From NCBI RefSeq assembly GCF_009914755.1, contig NC_060931.1: 64,000 nt of DNA. One strand, written 5' to 3'. Both the position numbers and the translations under genes were made by a program. The notes beneath the pieces are model-generated. The model was not told the DNA's origin and made no database searches. It worked only from the letters and a program-made list of their open reading frames with translations. Below are positions 1 through 12,921 of this stretch, piece after piece (the first letter of the stretch is position 1; every line of letters begins with the position of its first letter). The DNA is from the human T2T-CHM13v2.0 reference genome, Homo sapiens.

Positions 1-156
1 GAAGAAGGTGCCTGCTTCTCCTTTGCCTTCTGCCATGATTGAAAGTTTCCTGAGGCCTCCCCAGCAATGCAGAACTGTGAGTTGATTACCTCTTTCCTTT
101 ATAAATTACCCAGTCTTGGGCACTTCTTTACAGCAGCATGAGAATGGACTAATGCA
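1..156 (+). mobile_element. MaLR LTR (MST/THE1 type), 3' part
   Basis: Typical MST/THE1 3' motifs: GCCTTCTGCCATGATTG..AGTTTCCTGAGGCCTCCCCAGC and ATAAATTACCCAGTC...GAGAATGGACTAATGCA. Confidence 0.85.
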
Positions 157-253
157 GGAACGAAGGAAGGAGGGAAGGAAGGAAGGAAAGAAGGAAGGAG
201 AAAAAAGAAAGAAAGAAGAGAGAAAGAAAGAAAGAAGAAAGGAAGGAAAGAAA

Positions 254-298
<45 letters not shown>

Positions 299-320
299 AA
301 AGAAAGAAAGAGAGAGAGAA
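157..320 (+). repeat. Polypurine (GAAA/GGAA)n microsatellite
   Basis: Almost pure A/G tract with GGAA and GAAA runs. Confidence 0.95.
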
Positions 321-374
321 ATCCTGTTCTATGATTTCTGATTCTTATGTGATTGCTATTGGGGTTTCATAATG

Positions 375-678
375 GAAGAATAGAAGGAAAGAAGGAAGGA
401 AGGAGAGAGGAAGAAAGGAAAGAAAGAGAAAAAAAGAAAGAAAGGAAGGAAAGAAAGAAAGAAGGGAAGGAAGGAAGGAGAGAGGAAGAAAGAAAAGAAA
501 GAAGAAAGAAAGAAAAGAAAGAAAGGAGAGAGGAAGAAAGGAAAGAAAGAGAAAAAAGAAAAAAGAAAGAAATGAAGGAAGGAAGGAGAGAGGAAGAAAG
601 GAAAGAAAGAGAAAAAAGAAAGAAAAGAGAAAGAAGAAAGAAAGAGAGAAAAAGAAAGAAAGAAAGGAAGGAAGGAAG
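375..678 (+). repeat. Polypurine tract with higher-order repeat unit
   Basis: A/G tract in which AGGAGAGAGGAAGAAAG recurs four times (about 401, 477, 523, 584). Confidence 0.9.
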
Positions 679-789
679 ATCTTGTTTTAGTTTTTTTCCC
701 TAAGTTAACAAGCACATGGGTATTTGGTTCAAAAGTCCAGAATCTCGTGATATTTCCTTTGGTTCCGTCTCTGCCCATCTCATGATAAG

Positions 790-992
790 AGGTAGCACAA
801 TATAGTGATAAGATCCTGGGCTTTAAAGACAGATAGATATGAGCTCAAATACCAGTTCCATTGTTGGCCATCTATGAGATCCTGGGAAATTTTCAAACTC
901 TTTGAGCCTCTGTTTATTCATCCATAAAATGCTTAATAATGTAGACCTTGCTGGGTCATTGTAAGGATTATATAGAATTATATTTGCAAAGT
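790..992 (+). mobile_element. MIR SINE
   Basis: Core-like CTCTTTGAGCCTCTGTTTATTCATCCATAAAATG...GTAAGGATTA. Confidence 0.7.
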
Positions 993-2340
993 TAATTATG
1001 AGTTAATAATTGAAGCCATTGATGCAAAATGGACTGAGATCCAACACACATATGCTGGTCTATCTCCTTCATGAGAGAAAAATCTAACTGGAATTAGAGC
1101 CATCTGTTGGAGTTGGAGCCTTTCATACTAAATGGACTCATTCATACTCAAGTTGTGACTCTCATAATGAAGGGGAACAAGTGCTTCATAACCTGATAAT
1201 GTCAGTGTTATTATTTCCCATGAAATATGCTTTCTCCATATGAGACTAGACTATGAGGTCTTCAGGGTGGGTCAGGAGGGGGTGTGTGTGATGAGCGTGT
1301 AATGAATGCTTGCTTTGATGAATACACTTGCTTCTTTAAGGGCCAGAGGAAATTGGCCACAAGGCTTGCTGATGGGGCAATGAATCAAGGCATTTTCTAT
1401 CTCTTCAACTCATAAATCCAGAGCATGCTTTTCCCCTTTGGGGTCTGCAAAGCCTGAGAAGCTTGAGTTCATGACATCAGAAATAACACAGGGTAGAAAA
1501 CCCCAGTGAGGAGCAGAGTCCTGAATGGTGAGTTTGGGTACTGGATTGGGAAGTCGGGGAGAGGGTCTAGAAGAAGGATCTATTAGATGACAAGAGAGGA
1601 CATTGAGGAGAGTAAAAGAGATTTGGTAAAAAGGAATAATTCTTCCTTCTGAAGGTCTAAGTCTGTAAACTGCCTCCATGCCTTTCCATGGTGGAGGGAG
1701 AGAGAAAATCTCATGTTCCCAGGTCATGTTGCTCAGTGAGGCCCTCCTTTTCTAAAAGGAATATGTGCACCTTCTTTGAATTCTGGTATTTATGTTTGCT
1801 CAGGGGAAGACTTGCAAGGCAAGAGTGCTTGGGAAAGAAAAGCCTATGACTTCTCACCCTGTAGGGAGTTCTCTGGCCATCCTACTGAACACTCATCCTC
1901 ACACATTCTTGGTCACCACAGGAGGACCATGAGCCAGCTGTGGCTGAGAGTACTCCACCAAGCAAGATGAAATTCGCAGATTTCTTTCCACAACTCCTTG
2001 GGAGAAAGAAAAAGATGGGGCACTAGTTCAAGGGTACCTAGCTTGAGAGTTGTTTTTTTTTTTTTTTTTTTTTTTTTTTGATGTGCCTTGTGAAACTTTC
2101 TACCAATAAAGCCTAACATTTCAACTATGCTGTTTGGCATGACCATCATCCCCTGCCAAATTTCACTACCCATTCCCAGCCTGTACAAGATTCATACTTT
2201 CTTCACCTATCATAAGCTAGTTATCTGATCTGCATTCAGTTCAACTAAATTCACTTCAGTTAAACACACACATACCTAATATACATCTACTTTCCCCCAT
2301 CCTTCCACTGGGGAAGAGATTTGAGTATCAGTAATAATTC

Positions 2341-2343
<3 letters not shown>

Positions 2344-2387
<44 letters not shown>
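2344..2387 (+). repeat. (TG)n microsatellite
   Basis: Perfect TG run of about 22 units. Confidence 0.97.
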
Positions 2388-2389
<2 letters not shown>

Positions 2390-3199
2390 ATCTTGGTATA
2401 TACATCATCTTGGTAGAAACAGAGACCAGTAGCAGGGAGTAGACTGCATCAGTGGGTATTGAGAGAGAAATTATGTGGGAGGGAGAGAGGGAAGAGACTT
2501 TCGGGCAGTTGGCATGTTGATGTAGAGGCTTTGGAGTGATGAGTGGGTGAAAATGAATGTTAAGGTATTTTGCTTTGTGACGCATTGTTTAAACCTCATG
2601 CCTCTCATTTAAGAATGCTGTCAGAAGTCATCCATCAAACTCTTCTAAGCCTCCTAGAATTGTATTTGGATTTTTATTTGGTTGTGTTGATAGCAGAATT
2701 AGACTTCAACAGGGTTTTTCCATATCCAGGTTAAAGTCAGAACCCGGGATAGCTGAGTCAAGTCAAAGTAATTCAAGGCCAAAGAACGGAGGTCAAAATA
2801 ACTCAGGACCATAGTCTAGAGAAGAGTGATTTAGTGGGTTGGTTCTGGGGGGTAGTGGTGGCACATGGAACTCTCAGATAGCCATGCCACATATGGGTTA
2901 GAAACCCTGACTATTAAATGAGGAAAAGTGTGGGGCCTGAGAACCCCCGTAGAGCTATGGCTTGCTATAAATTCCTCAAATTTTTAGCATCAATCCTGGA
3001 TTTATTTTAACAATAATCTTCTGGGTCAGAGACTTCACCAGAACTGATTTTAAGGTATAATCATGAGTGAGCCCAGCATTTTCAGCTTTTCTGTTGACAT
3101 CCCTTCTGGTGGCCTTTTTTAGATTCAGTATGTCCAGAACTGAACCCAGTCCCTTCACCCTGTCCCATTCCCTGTAGCTTTGTTGAGGTTACCAACCAC

Positions 3200-3720
3200 C
3201 CAGGTAACCAGGAAAGAAACACTGATTCTTCCTCTCCCTCACTCTCTGTATCCAATGAGACAATCAATTCAGTTGTTTCTACTTCCTAAAGCTCATTATA
3301 TATCATCCTTTCCTTTTGAACATATTGTCTTTATGTCAAATCCTCACCACTAGCTTCCAAACTAGTGTCCCAACTCCAATCCCTTTCATAATCTATTTCA
3401 CCACCTACATTGTCAGCAGAATAATCTTTCTGAAATATTTTGATGGCCCTCCTTTGTCCACAGAATCCAGTCTAAACCCGTTAGCAAGTTTCATAATTTA
3501 TTTTGTAGTCTGCCTTGACCTTCCCTTCTGGCCTCATGTCCTACTACCTTACCTCAGTGATCCTATGGGATAAGATTGTCCCTCATACTCCATGTTTTTT
3601 CACACCTCCAAGCTGTGACTTCTACCCAGAATATCCTTTGCTCATTTCGTGTACCTGCAAAGTTTGGCTCAAATATTACTTTCTCTGAATCCTTTATATC
3701 CTACTGTCTCTGTTTAGTGT
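3200..3720 (+). mobile_element. L2 LINE fragment (diverged)
   Basis: L2 3'-region-like motifs (TTCCTCTCCCTCACTC; GCAGAATAATCTTTCTGAAATA; CTCAAATATTACTTTCTCTGAA). Boundaries approximate. Confidence 0.55.
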
Positions 3721-4756
3721 AGAGTTCTTTTGGTATAATATATACTATCTATAACATATTTTTGGAAAAAATATATTGTGTGTAAAGTACACTAATCTGT
3801 CATGTATAGCTAAATGTAATTTTGCATAGGTTATTCTTTCTTTTGTCTTGCCCTATCGCACTGGTGGTACCTCCAGTAAGTGCTGGAGAGACCTGCTGAT
3901 AGTGTACCTCTTTGTCTCATTCTTGACCTCAGAGGAAATGCATTCAATATTTCACATTAAGTGCAGGTTAGTATAGATTTTTTTTTAGTTTTTAGTCTAC
4001 TAGATTAAGAAATCATCCTTCTATTCCTATATTGCTCTTTGCTTAGTTTTAAATTATCCTAATAACTTATCAGTTATCATGTAGGAATAAGCATATGGTG
4101 TTTCAATATAGTTTAAATTTAGTCACCCAAGAAATACTAAAGTATTTGTGGGAGATACTATTTTAGACACTAGATGTCAAAGAAAAATGACACGGTCCCT
4201 GTCCTATACCACTTTACATCCTACTAGTACATACAAACATGAAAGAACTATATTAATATGATGATAGAGTTATGTACAAAATACTATGGGATTATTGAGT
4301 AGGAAGAAACTGACTTTAATAAAGATAGATCAAGGAATGATTCAGAGATATAAAGTTATCTTCAAATATTAACTTAATTATTCTCTTTAAACTGGGCTTG
4401 TATCTATAGTTTAATATCCATTTTGGCAAATATGCATTTTTACTGCCTATTTTCAGGATTGCTCACTATAGCCTCCAGTCTAGTATGTGATGGAGTACCA
4501 TGAAGGGGGTAGCTGGGCTGATTCTTCACAAAGAGAGCTTATTCAACATGTGACTGGTATAAAAGCTGCTCCCAACCATGCCTGCTAAGGTTTAGGGATA
4601 ATATGTCAAGGAAGCCCTATCACTGTCATTGCTCTTATCCGAGCTTTAGCAAAAATTGCAAGGGAGTAACTAGGTAAACATTTACCTGTTTAGTATTTCT
4701 AAAGTAAATCCTGTAGATTATTATCATCAGAATCACCCGAAACTTTGGAGTTGGGC

Positions 4757-5023
4757 TTTAGATATAATTCACATGCCATACATTTCCCCACTTTAAAATG
4801 TGCAATCCAGTGGTTTTTCATATATTCACAATGTTGTGAAATCATCACCACTATCTAATCCTAGAACATTTCATCACCTCAAAAAGAAACTGTACTCATT
4901 AGCAGTCACTTCCCATTTCCCACCTCCCTCAGCACCTGAAAACCACTCATCTACTTTGTGTCTATGAAGTTGCCTATTCTAACCATCTCATATAAGTGAA
5001 ATCATACAATATGTGATCCTTTG
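4757..5023 (-). mobile_element. L1MB-type 3' end fragment
   Basis: GATATAATTCACATGCCATA...ATCACCACTATCTAAT...AGAACATTTCATCACC...CATTAGCAGTCACTTCCC matches an antisense L1MB 3' UTR. Confidence 0.75.
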
Positions 5024-5099
5024 TAAAAGACAACATGTTTAAAAGCAAAATTAGTAACACTGTCAGGTGGAGTATATAACAGATATAAAAGTAAAAGGA

Positions 5100-5357
<258 letters not shown>

Positions 5358-5413
5358 ATCTCCCCTCTAAACAGGACTCCCCAACTGCTTTTGGGAATTG
5401 GACGATGACCGCT

Positions 5414-7235
5414 CTAGCTACTTCCTGCCAGAGAGGGGCAAAGAAGGGGCCCTGCAGTTGTAGTGTCCTCCAGAGGGGAACTCTTTAGACCAGTGAAAGG
5501 GCCAGTGGGTCGGTCCAGGGGTCCTCAGTAGAAGTTGTTAGTTGAGCTCATTTGGGGTTCCATTTGTAAGACCATCTGTAGCTTCATGGCCTTGATTCTA
5601 GAGGAAACAAATTTGACAAGGAGGTTAAAAATACAGAGCCCGAAGGCGAGTAATAGCAAGATGGCTGCCAAGAGACCTAGAAAGGGGAGAAGCCATGTTG
5701 CCCAACTCCAGAGGTTGGTATAAGAGTTTGAAAGGTGTTGTCTGATTTCAGAAGCCTTTTCCTGTAAATGCCAGGCGGCATCTCATACTATCCCTGACTG
5801 GTTAGTGTAAAAACAATACTCTTCTCCTAAGAAGGTGCAGAGTCCTCCTTTCTCAGCAGTGAGGGGGTCTAGGCCTCGGCAGTTTTGGAGAGTCACTGCT
5901 GCCAAAGGGTTTATTTGGGATTGTAGAGTAAGGATAGATTTCGTTATTTCATGCAAACTGTCTGAGAAATCCTTTGAGAGTGTGTGGTAGTAGGATAATG
6001 AAGGAGATAAATTGGCTATTCTGGTTCCTGTAGCAGTAGCCATTCCTAACCCTATAAGTAGGGGTATCAGTCATATGGCTCTGTGCTGATGGACTTGAGC
6101 TTTGAGGGGTACTGATAGGGTCTGATTTCCTGGGGCAATGTTAATGTTGGGACTTAGAAAGACTAAGGTGCAGGTGCCTGTCCAGTTAGTGGGGAGGCAG
6201 ATATAGGTCGACGTTCCACATAAGAAGAATATACCTTGGCTGGGTAGACAGAACTGGTTGTGTATGTTAAAAAGGTGTGTGAGTTTGTTGTTTTCATTTT
6301 CCCATACTCCTAGAGTACTTGCCAAGGTAGCTCCAGTGAGCAGCTGGAAAGGGGTGTTGGGAGCAAACTGAGTGGCTCCCTGTGTTCTGTTTTCCCATTG
6401 GAGAAAAAAATCGTTTTGTATCTACCAGGAACCATTCCAGAGAGTGATTGAAATAGGGGATGAGAAGGCATTCACTAGTGGTGGGGGCGCTGCTGGAGGG
6501 AGTCCAGGGGTGAATGGTCATGCAGGGAGTATGTTTGCCATTACAAAACCTGGACTGTTTGTTAAGCAGGGAGGAGGCGATGATTTCTGGGTGCCCTGAG
6601 AAGCAGACAAGCCATCTGAATGGAGCTGTTTGGGTGACTCAGAAGTTACTATGATCAGCTGGGGCTTGAAGTTGTATGGTGTAATTACACTAATGGGTTA
6701 GTAGGTACCCCAGGGGCAGGCCTTATAACAGGTTGCATTGGATGCATAAAGGGGCTTGGAAAGTCAAGATGGTATTTGTAGTTACAGGGTCATGTATGGG
6801 CTTTTCATTGCTTGTGTAATAGGTGAGGTGGGAAATGTAAGAACGTAAAAGTTGGATTGCACATCCTGTTAGGGTATTCTTCGTCCTATCAGAGATGGGG
6901 AAGTGGGCTAATGATTGCATATTTAGAAATCAGAAAGCGTCTTTTCCTTCACAATGAGGGTGGTAAGTTAAGTTGGTAAAGACCCAGTTTTTTGCGGGAA
7001 TGGGAGTGGCAACGTAAGCAGAAGTTGATAGAGAGATACAAAGCCAACAGTCATTTGCCAGGGAAGGACTGGACTGGTTTAACAGAGAGTGGGTTAAGTT
7101 GAGATTATTGTAGAGGTAGTTAGGAGCTAGTGGAAGGGGAGGGGTGATTGTATGAGGTATCCAAGGAAGCAGGAGGGATAGATAGGCAAAGAGCAAATAG
7201 GAAGATAAAGAGGGTGCTCTGGAAGATGAGATCAT
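5414..7235 (-). pseudogene. env: Retroviral envelope pseudogene (stops and frameshifts)
   Basis: Signal peptide and CWLC motif (6930-7235 ORF); CLPTNWTGTCTLVF; degenerate furin site HQHR-AI; immunosuppressive domain LQNCRGLDPLTAEKGGLC; membrane anchor and tail ending AGSS* at 5414. Confidence 0.9.
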
Positions 7236-7459
7236 CTTATCCAGTCCAAGTTAAAGGTAGGAGTAAATTGCTGTCAGAAGGGAGGAAGAGAGAAAGAAGG
7301 TTGATGTGATTAGGATTTTCATCCCAGCAGGAGCTACAGTATATAGTCTTATCACAAAGAGTATGGTTAGTATGCTGCTTAACAATATGATGAAATAGTA
7401 AAAGGATTCCATTAAAGGGGCAAGGAGAGGTGTTAAAGATTATGTAGGTTTTCACTTAT

Positions 7460-10400
7460 CTTTTTTAAGAAGGAAGGGGTTTTTCTTCAGGATTGGTGGT
7501 AGGAGCCTTTTTAGTCTGGGATGTTTCCTTTTGAAATAGGAAGATGCAAGTCCTCCAATGGTTCACAGGTATATCGAGGCTGGTCTGGCTGATCTTGGGA
7601 CTCCTGAGCTGACAGTCCCACAGGTTCATCAAGGGGTGTCCAAAATTTAACTCAGATATGGTGAATCCAAGATTCCACTCCTGCCACCTTAACTGCAGTG
7701 GGGGTAGAGAGGATTACTGAGTATGGTTCTTCCCACAGAGTCCATAGATGGGGAGGTAGAGGGGAGAGATTTGACCAACACTAGATCTCCTGGTTGAAAC
7801 AACTCTGCTCCGTTTTCTCTGTGACATCCTTCAGGTAGGTTTTTAAGGTTTTGTTGATATTTTGCCAAAGAAGTTATATCTTTGACCAAGTTGGCCATTT
7901 CCTGATCAAGTAGGAGGTCATTTGTGAGAAAAAGGTTGTCCATACAGCATTTCATATGGACTGAGCCCCATTTTGTGAGGAGAATTTCAGATTCTCAACA
8001 AGGCCATGGGCAAAAGAGTAGGCCATAGGAGACGAGTTTCTTGTGTTAGTTTCTTTAAGTGCCTCTTGAGTGTTTCATGTGCCTTCTTGACCTTCCCTGA
8101 GGATTGCGGCCTCCAGGCACAGTGAAGGTGATATTGTATTCCTAGTGCCCTGAAAATTCCCTGAGTTATCATGGCTTTAAAAGCCGGATATTGTCACTCT
8201 GTAAGCTTTGGGGAAGCCCAAATCTAGGAATTATTTCATGAATTAGGACTTTAATCACTTCATGAGACTACTCTGTCTTGCAGGGGAAAGTTTCTATCCA
8301 AGGTGTCAACACAGACCAACAAGTATTGAAATCCCTTTGACTTAGGCATATGGGTGAACTCTAACTGCCAGTCCCCTCCAGGATAGTGACCTATTCTTTG
8401 TTCCCCGGGCGCCTTACAATGGACCAAGGGATTATTCTTTTGGCACACCTCACAGGCTTTGATTACCCGTCGGATGGTCCGGAGGAGATTTGGCCCTGTA
8501 AATAGGGATTTGGCTATTTGATGAGTGTTTTCAATACCCATATGAAAAGTTTGGTGGAGGGTTTTAAGTATTTTCCACTGGCTGGCTTCAGGTATAAGTA
8601 TCTTTCCTTCCTCTGTTGTTAACCACCCCGAGGGGAGAAAAGTATGCCCCCGTGAAAGTCCCCATTCTGTTTCAGTCGGGAAATACTGGGGCTTAATCTC
8701 TTGGAGGGGGTTGTTCCATATCAACGGTCTTTCCATAGTTATTTCTAATGGGAGGTTCTGCCTGGCAGGAATTTTGGCCTCAGCATCTGCCCGACGGTTT
8801 CCTCCTTCATCTTTCTGATGGCTTTGGCAGTGTAAGACTGCCATCTCCTTGGGTTTTTGCACTGTGTGCAATAACTCCATAATTTCCTTGTGGTATTTAA
8901 TGGGGGTTCCCCCAGAGGTTAGGAACTCCCTTTCTTTCCATATTGCAGCATGGGCATGTAGGATTAGATAAGCATACTTGCTATTTGTATACACATTTAT
9001 TCTTTTTCCCCTTCCCAGTTCTAAGGCTCAGGTAAGTGCCACTAGTTCTGCTAACTGGGTGCTCGTCCCTGGGGGAAGAGGCTTACTTTCAAGTACAGTT
9101 ACATCACTAACTATGGCATAACCTGTCCTTTGTATCCCATTCTCCACAAATGAACTTCCATCAGTATATAGGTTAAGGTCAGGATTAGCTAAGGGGACTT
9201 CTAAGAGATCATCTCAGGCAGCATAAGTCTGGACTATAATTTGTTGGCAGTCATGCTTGATTGGTTCTCCATCCTCTGGGAGAAAAATGGCAGGGTTGAG
9301 GGCCATGCACGTACATATTTGAAGCACCGGTCCCTCAAGAAGTAGTGCCTGGTATCTAAGTAGGCAGTTGTCTGATAGCCATAAACTTCCTTTGGCACCT
9401 AGTATGGCATTTACATCATGAGTAGTCCAGACAGTGAGATCCCTTCCTTGTATTATTTTGATAGCCTCTGACACTAAGACAGCCACCACCACAACTACCC
9501 TTAAACAGTGGGGCCAGCCTTTTGCTACTACATCAATTTCCTTACTTAGGTATGCTACTGGTTGTGGGGTTGTCCCACAAGTCTGAGTAAGGACTCCGAG
9601 AGCTATCCCTGCTCTCTCTCTGACGTATAAAGAAAAGTTTTGTCCTGTGGGAAGGCTTAAAGCTGGAGCTTGTACTAGGGCCTGCTTTAAGGTTTTGAAG
9701 GCTGTTTCTGCCCCTGGTTCTCATTCTACTAGATGAGTATTTGCCCTCTGGATCTCCTTGATTAGAGTATAGCATGGTCTGGCCATCTTGCTGTATCTGG
9801 GGATCCATAGTTGGCAAAAGCCGGTGATTCCAAGGAACCCCCATAACTGTTTTAATGTCTTAGGGAGAGGATAAGCCAGTATAGGCTATATTCATTCCTT
9901 GCTGAGGGCTCTGGTTCCTCTGGCTAAGATTAGGCCTAGATATTTGACCTACTGTAGGCAAAGCTGGGCCTTCGACCTAGACGCCTTGTAACCTTGATTG
10001 GCTAGAAAGTTCAAGAAATCTAGAGTAGCCTGCTGGCATGAGGCTTCTGAACTGGTAGCCAAAAGTAAATCATCCACATACTGAAGGGCCAGGATGTCTG
10101 GACTTGAGAAGTGACCTAGATCTTGGGCCAGTGCCTGATCAAACAGATGAGGGCTATCCCTAAACCCTTGGGGCAAGACTGTCCACGTAAGTTGGGATGT
10201 GTGGTCTGTGGGATCATCAAAGGCAAAGAGAAACTGGGAGTCAGAGTGCAGGGGAATACAGAAGAAGGCATCCTTGAGGTACAGAACAGTGAACCATTCT
10301 GCTTCCTCTGGTATTTGAGAGAGCAAGGTATAGGGGTTGGGTACAACTAGATATAGAGGAATTACTGTCTCATTGATGAGTCTAAGATCTTGCACTATTC

Positions 10401-11013
10401 TCCACTGACGTTTTGGTTTTTGTACCCTAGAATTGTGGTGTTGCAGGGACTGCTGCATTTCCTTACTAAGCCTTGAGCTTTTAAATGTTTAACAATATCC
10501 TGTAATCCTTTATGAGCTCCAGGCCTTAAGGGATATTGCCTTTGATAAGGAAAAGTGGTGGGGTCTTTTAGCCTGGTTTGGACTGGGTGGGCATTTTTTG
10601 CCCTTCCAAATTGTCCTTCCAATGCCCAGACTTCAGGGTTGATTCCCTCCTCAAGTAGGGGACAACAAATGGGTAACTTGTTCCCCATATTCATGTAGAT
10701 AATAGCTCCAGCTCTGGCTAATATATCCCTCCTTGATAAGGTTGTGGGACTTTCAGGCATAACAAGAAAGGCATGTGAAAAAAGCAGTCTCCCAATTACA
10801 ACTGAGGAGGTGGGAGAAATACCTGGTTACAGGCTGTTCCAGGATTCCTTGGATGGTAATGGACCTTGAGGACAGTCGTCTGGGACAGGAGATTAACACT
10901 GAGAAGGCCATGCCAGTGTCCAGCAGGAAGTCAATTTCCTGGCCCTCAATGGTTAAACATACCTGGGGCTCAGTGAGGGTGATGACATGAGCTGGCACTT
11001 GCCCTGGGCACCC
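7460..11013 (-). pseudogene. pol: Retroviral pro-pol pseudogene (PR, RT, RNase H, IN)
   Basis: Protease LLDTG; RT WRIVQDLR, LPQGFRDSP and YVDD; RNase H YT(N)SKYA; integrase H..H..CEVC, WRPQSSGKV and GPY/F-like C-terminus. Broken into many ORF pieces; 3' end approximate. Confidence 0.93.
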
Positions 11014-12467
11014 TCAGTCCTGTTGTTGGATCATCTGGTTGGGGGCTTCTGGCCCAGAGAACCATTGCACTCTGGGGCAGTGTGCCTTCCAATGATTGCC
11101 TCAGCATAGCGGATATGGACGAGGGGGCAGCTTGTTTCTCATTGGACAACCTTTTTTAAAGTGTCCTTGTAAGCCACACTGATAACAAGCCCTACTGGGT
11201 GATTGACCTGCTCCATTTTCTGTCCTCTTTGAACCACCAAGGTTTGTTTGTCTGAGGGCCATAACTAAGGCTTTTCTCTGATCTCGCTTTTCCTTTTGGG
11301 CATGTTCCTCTTGGTCCCTATTATAGAACACCAAGGTTGCCAGGTTTAATAATGCCTCCAGATTTTGTTCAGGGCCCAGGGCTCACTTTTGGAGCTTTCT
11401 CCTGATATCTGCAGCTAATTGGGCAATAAACCTATTTTTTAGAATCAACTGACTCTCGAGTGACTCAGGTGACAGGGGAGTATATTTTCTTAAGGCCTCC
11501 CATAGCCGCTCAAGGAAGGCAGAAGGATTTTCTTCCTTTCCCTGAGTTATGGTAGATATCATTGAATAATTCATGGGCTTTTTCCTAATTCTCCTTAGTC
11601 CTTCTAGAACACAGGTCAACAGATGTTTACAACTGCAGTCCCCATGATCCGAATCGAGGTCCCAGTGGGGATCCATACTGGGGATGGCTGGCTGACCAGT
11701 AGGGAATTTGTCTCTTTATTTGGCTGTCATTCTATCATTTACTTGTCTAAGATACCAGGTATCTCCAAACTCTCGGGCTGCAGCTAAAGCCACATTCTTT
11801 TCATTAAAGGCCAGTGTTTGATCGAACAATAGCATGACATCTCTCCAAGTGAGATCGAAGGTTTGCTCTAGACCCTGTAGACATCTATGTACCTATCAGG
11901 ATCATCTGAAAACTTACCCAGGTCTGCCTTGATCTGCTTTAAATCAGAGAGGGAGAAAGGGACATGTGCCCAGGTTGGGCCAAATTACCCTCCCCCTACA
12001 GCTTGAAGGGGACATAACAAATAGCCCGGGGGGTTTTGTGGTCCTTTGAATATTTATTTGCTTATTTCCTTCTGGGTGGGGGAGATTAGAGGAGGCTTAT
12101 CATTAATAGGAAGGGGAGCTATAGGGAGGCTAGGATATGGGGGTAAGCTGAGAGTTCCTCCTGTGGGATATAAATTGCAAACTTTGCATAGTGATGTATT
12201 CTCCTTCAATGAAAAGAAAGCTTGAACATAAGGTATTTCACTCCATTTGCCTTCCCTCTTACAGAAAACGTCAAACTGCAGGATAGTATTGTAATTTATA
12301 CTTCCCTCAGGTGGCCATTTTTCCCCATCAGAGAGAGAATATTGGAGCCAGGCCATGGTGCAGAAAAAAATGAGCTGCCTCTTTTTCAGGGTTTGTGGGT
12401 CAAATTGGTCCCAATGGCTTAGGATGCATTTCAAGGGTGAGCCTGTTGATGACTGAGTGTTTCCCAT
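11014..12467 (-). pseudogene. gag: Retroviral gag pseudogene
   Basis: [24 protein letters not shown] (HERV-W/9-like MA, ATG at 12467); major homology region QGKEENPSAFLERL; zinc knuckle CYQCGLQGHFKKGC; ends QQQD* (TGA 11014-11016) in frame with the protease. Confidence 0.92.
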
Positions 12468-12516
12468 CTGAAAGACAAAACCGCCCATGGTTTTGGTTTG
12501 TTTGTTTCTCACCCTG

Positions 12517-12921
12517 CCCAAGAACCTGCAACGGTCCCTGGACCCTGCTGATCAGAATGGTTGCACTCACTGATGCAGCAGCAGAAACACCTCTTGCCCA
12601 AGAACCTGCAATGGTCTCTGGACCCTGCTGATCAGAATAGTTGCGCTCACCAATGCAGCAGCAGAAACACTAGTTTTCCTCCTAGACCACGAGGGAGGAC
12701 CAAGGAATGTCAGATTTAGTGGCCCTTACCGATGCATTCTCGAAAACCTGCACCTTTGCCTGTCCTCCTAGACCACAAAGAGGACTGAGAAAAATCGGAT
12801 TTAGTGGACCTTACCAACACATTCTCAAAAACTTGCACTCTTACCTGTCCTCCTAGACCACAAAGAGGACCAAGAAAAATCGCATTTAGTGGCCCTTACT
12901 GATGCATTCTCAAAAACCTGC
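12517..12921 (-). repeat. Tandem repeats in the proviral leader
   Basis: Two ~80-bp copies of CCCAAGAACCTGCAA..GCAGAAACAC followed by three ~85-bp copies of CCTCCTAGACCAC..TTTAGTGG.CCTTAC..CATTCTC.AAAAC. Confidence 0.85.

Noticed and set aside
116-778. K/E/R-rich and F/S/L-rich ORFs
   Set aside because: They are translations of purine microsatellites, not genes.
8260-10458. RT and integrase ORFs as a functional or novel RT system
   Set aside because: They are ordinary HERV9 pol fragments with many stops and frameshifts.
12517-12921. CRISPR-like repeat array
   Set aside because: The units are contiguous ~80-bp tandem copies without unique spacers, inside a retroviral leader in eukaryotic DNA.
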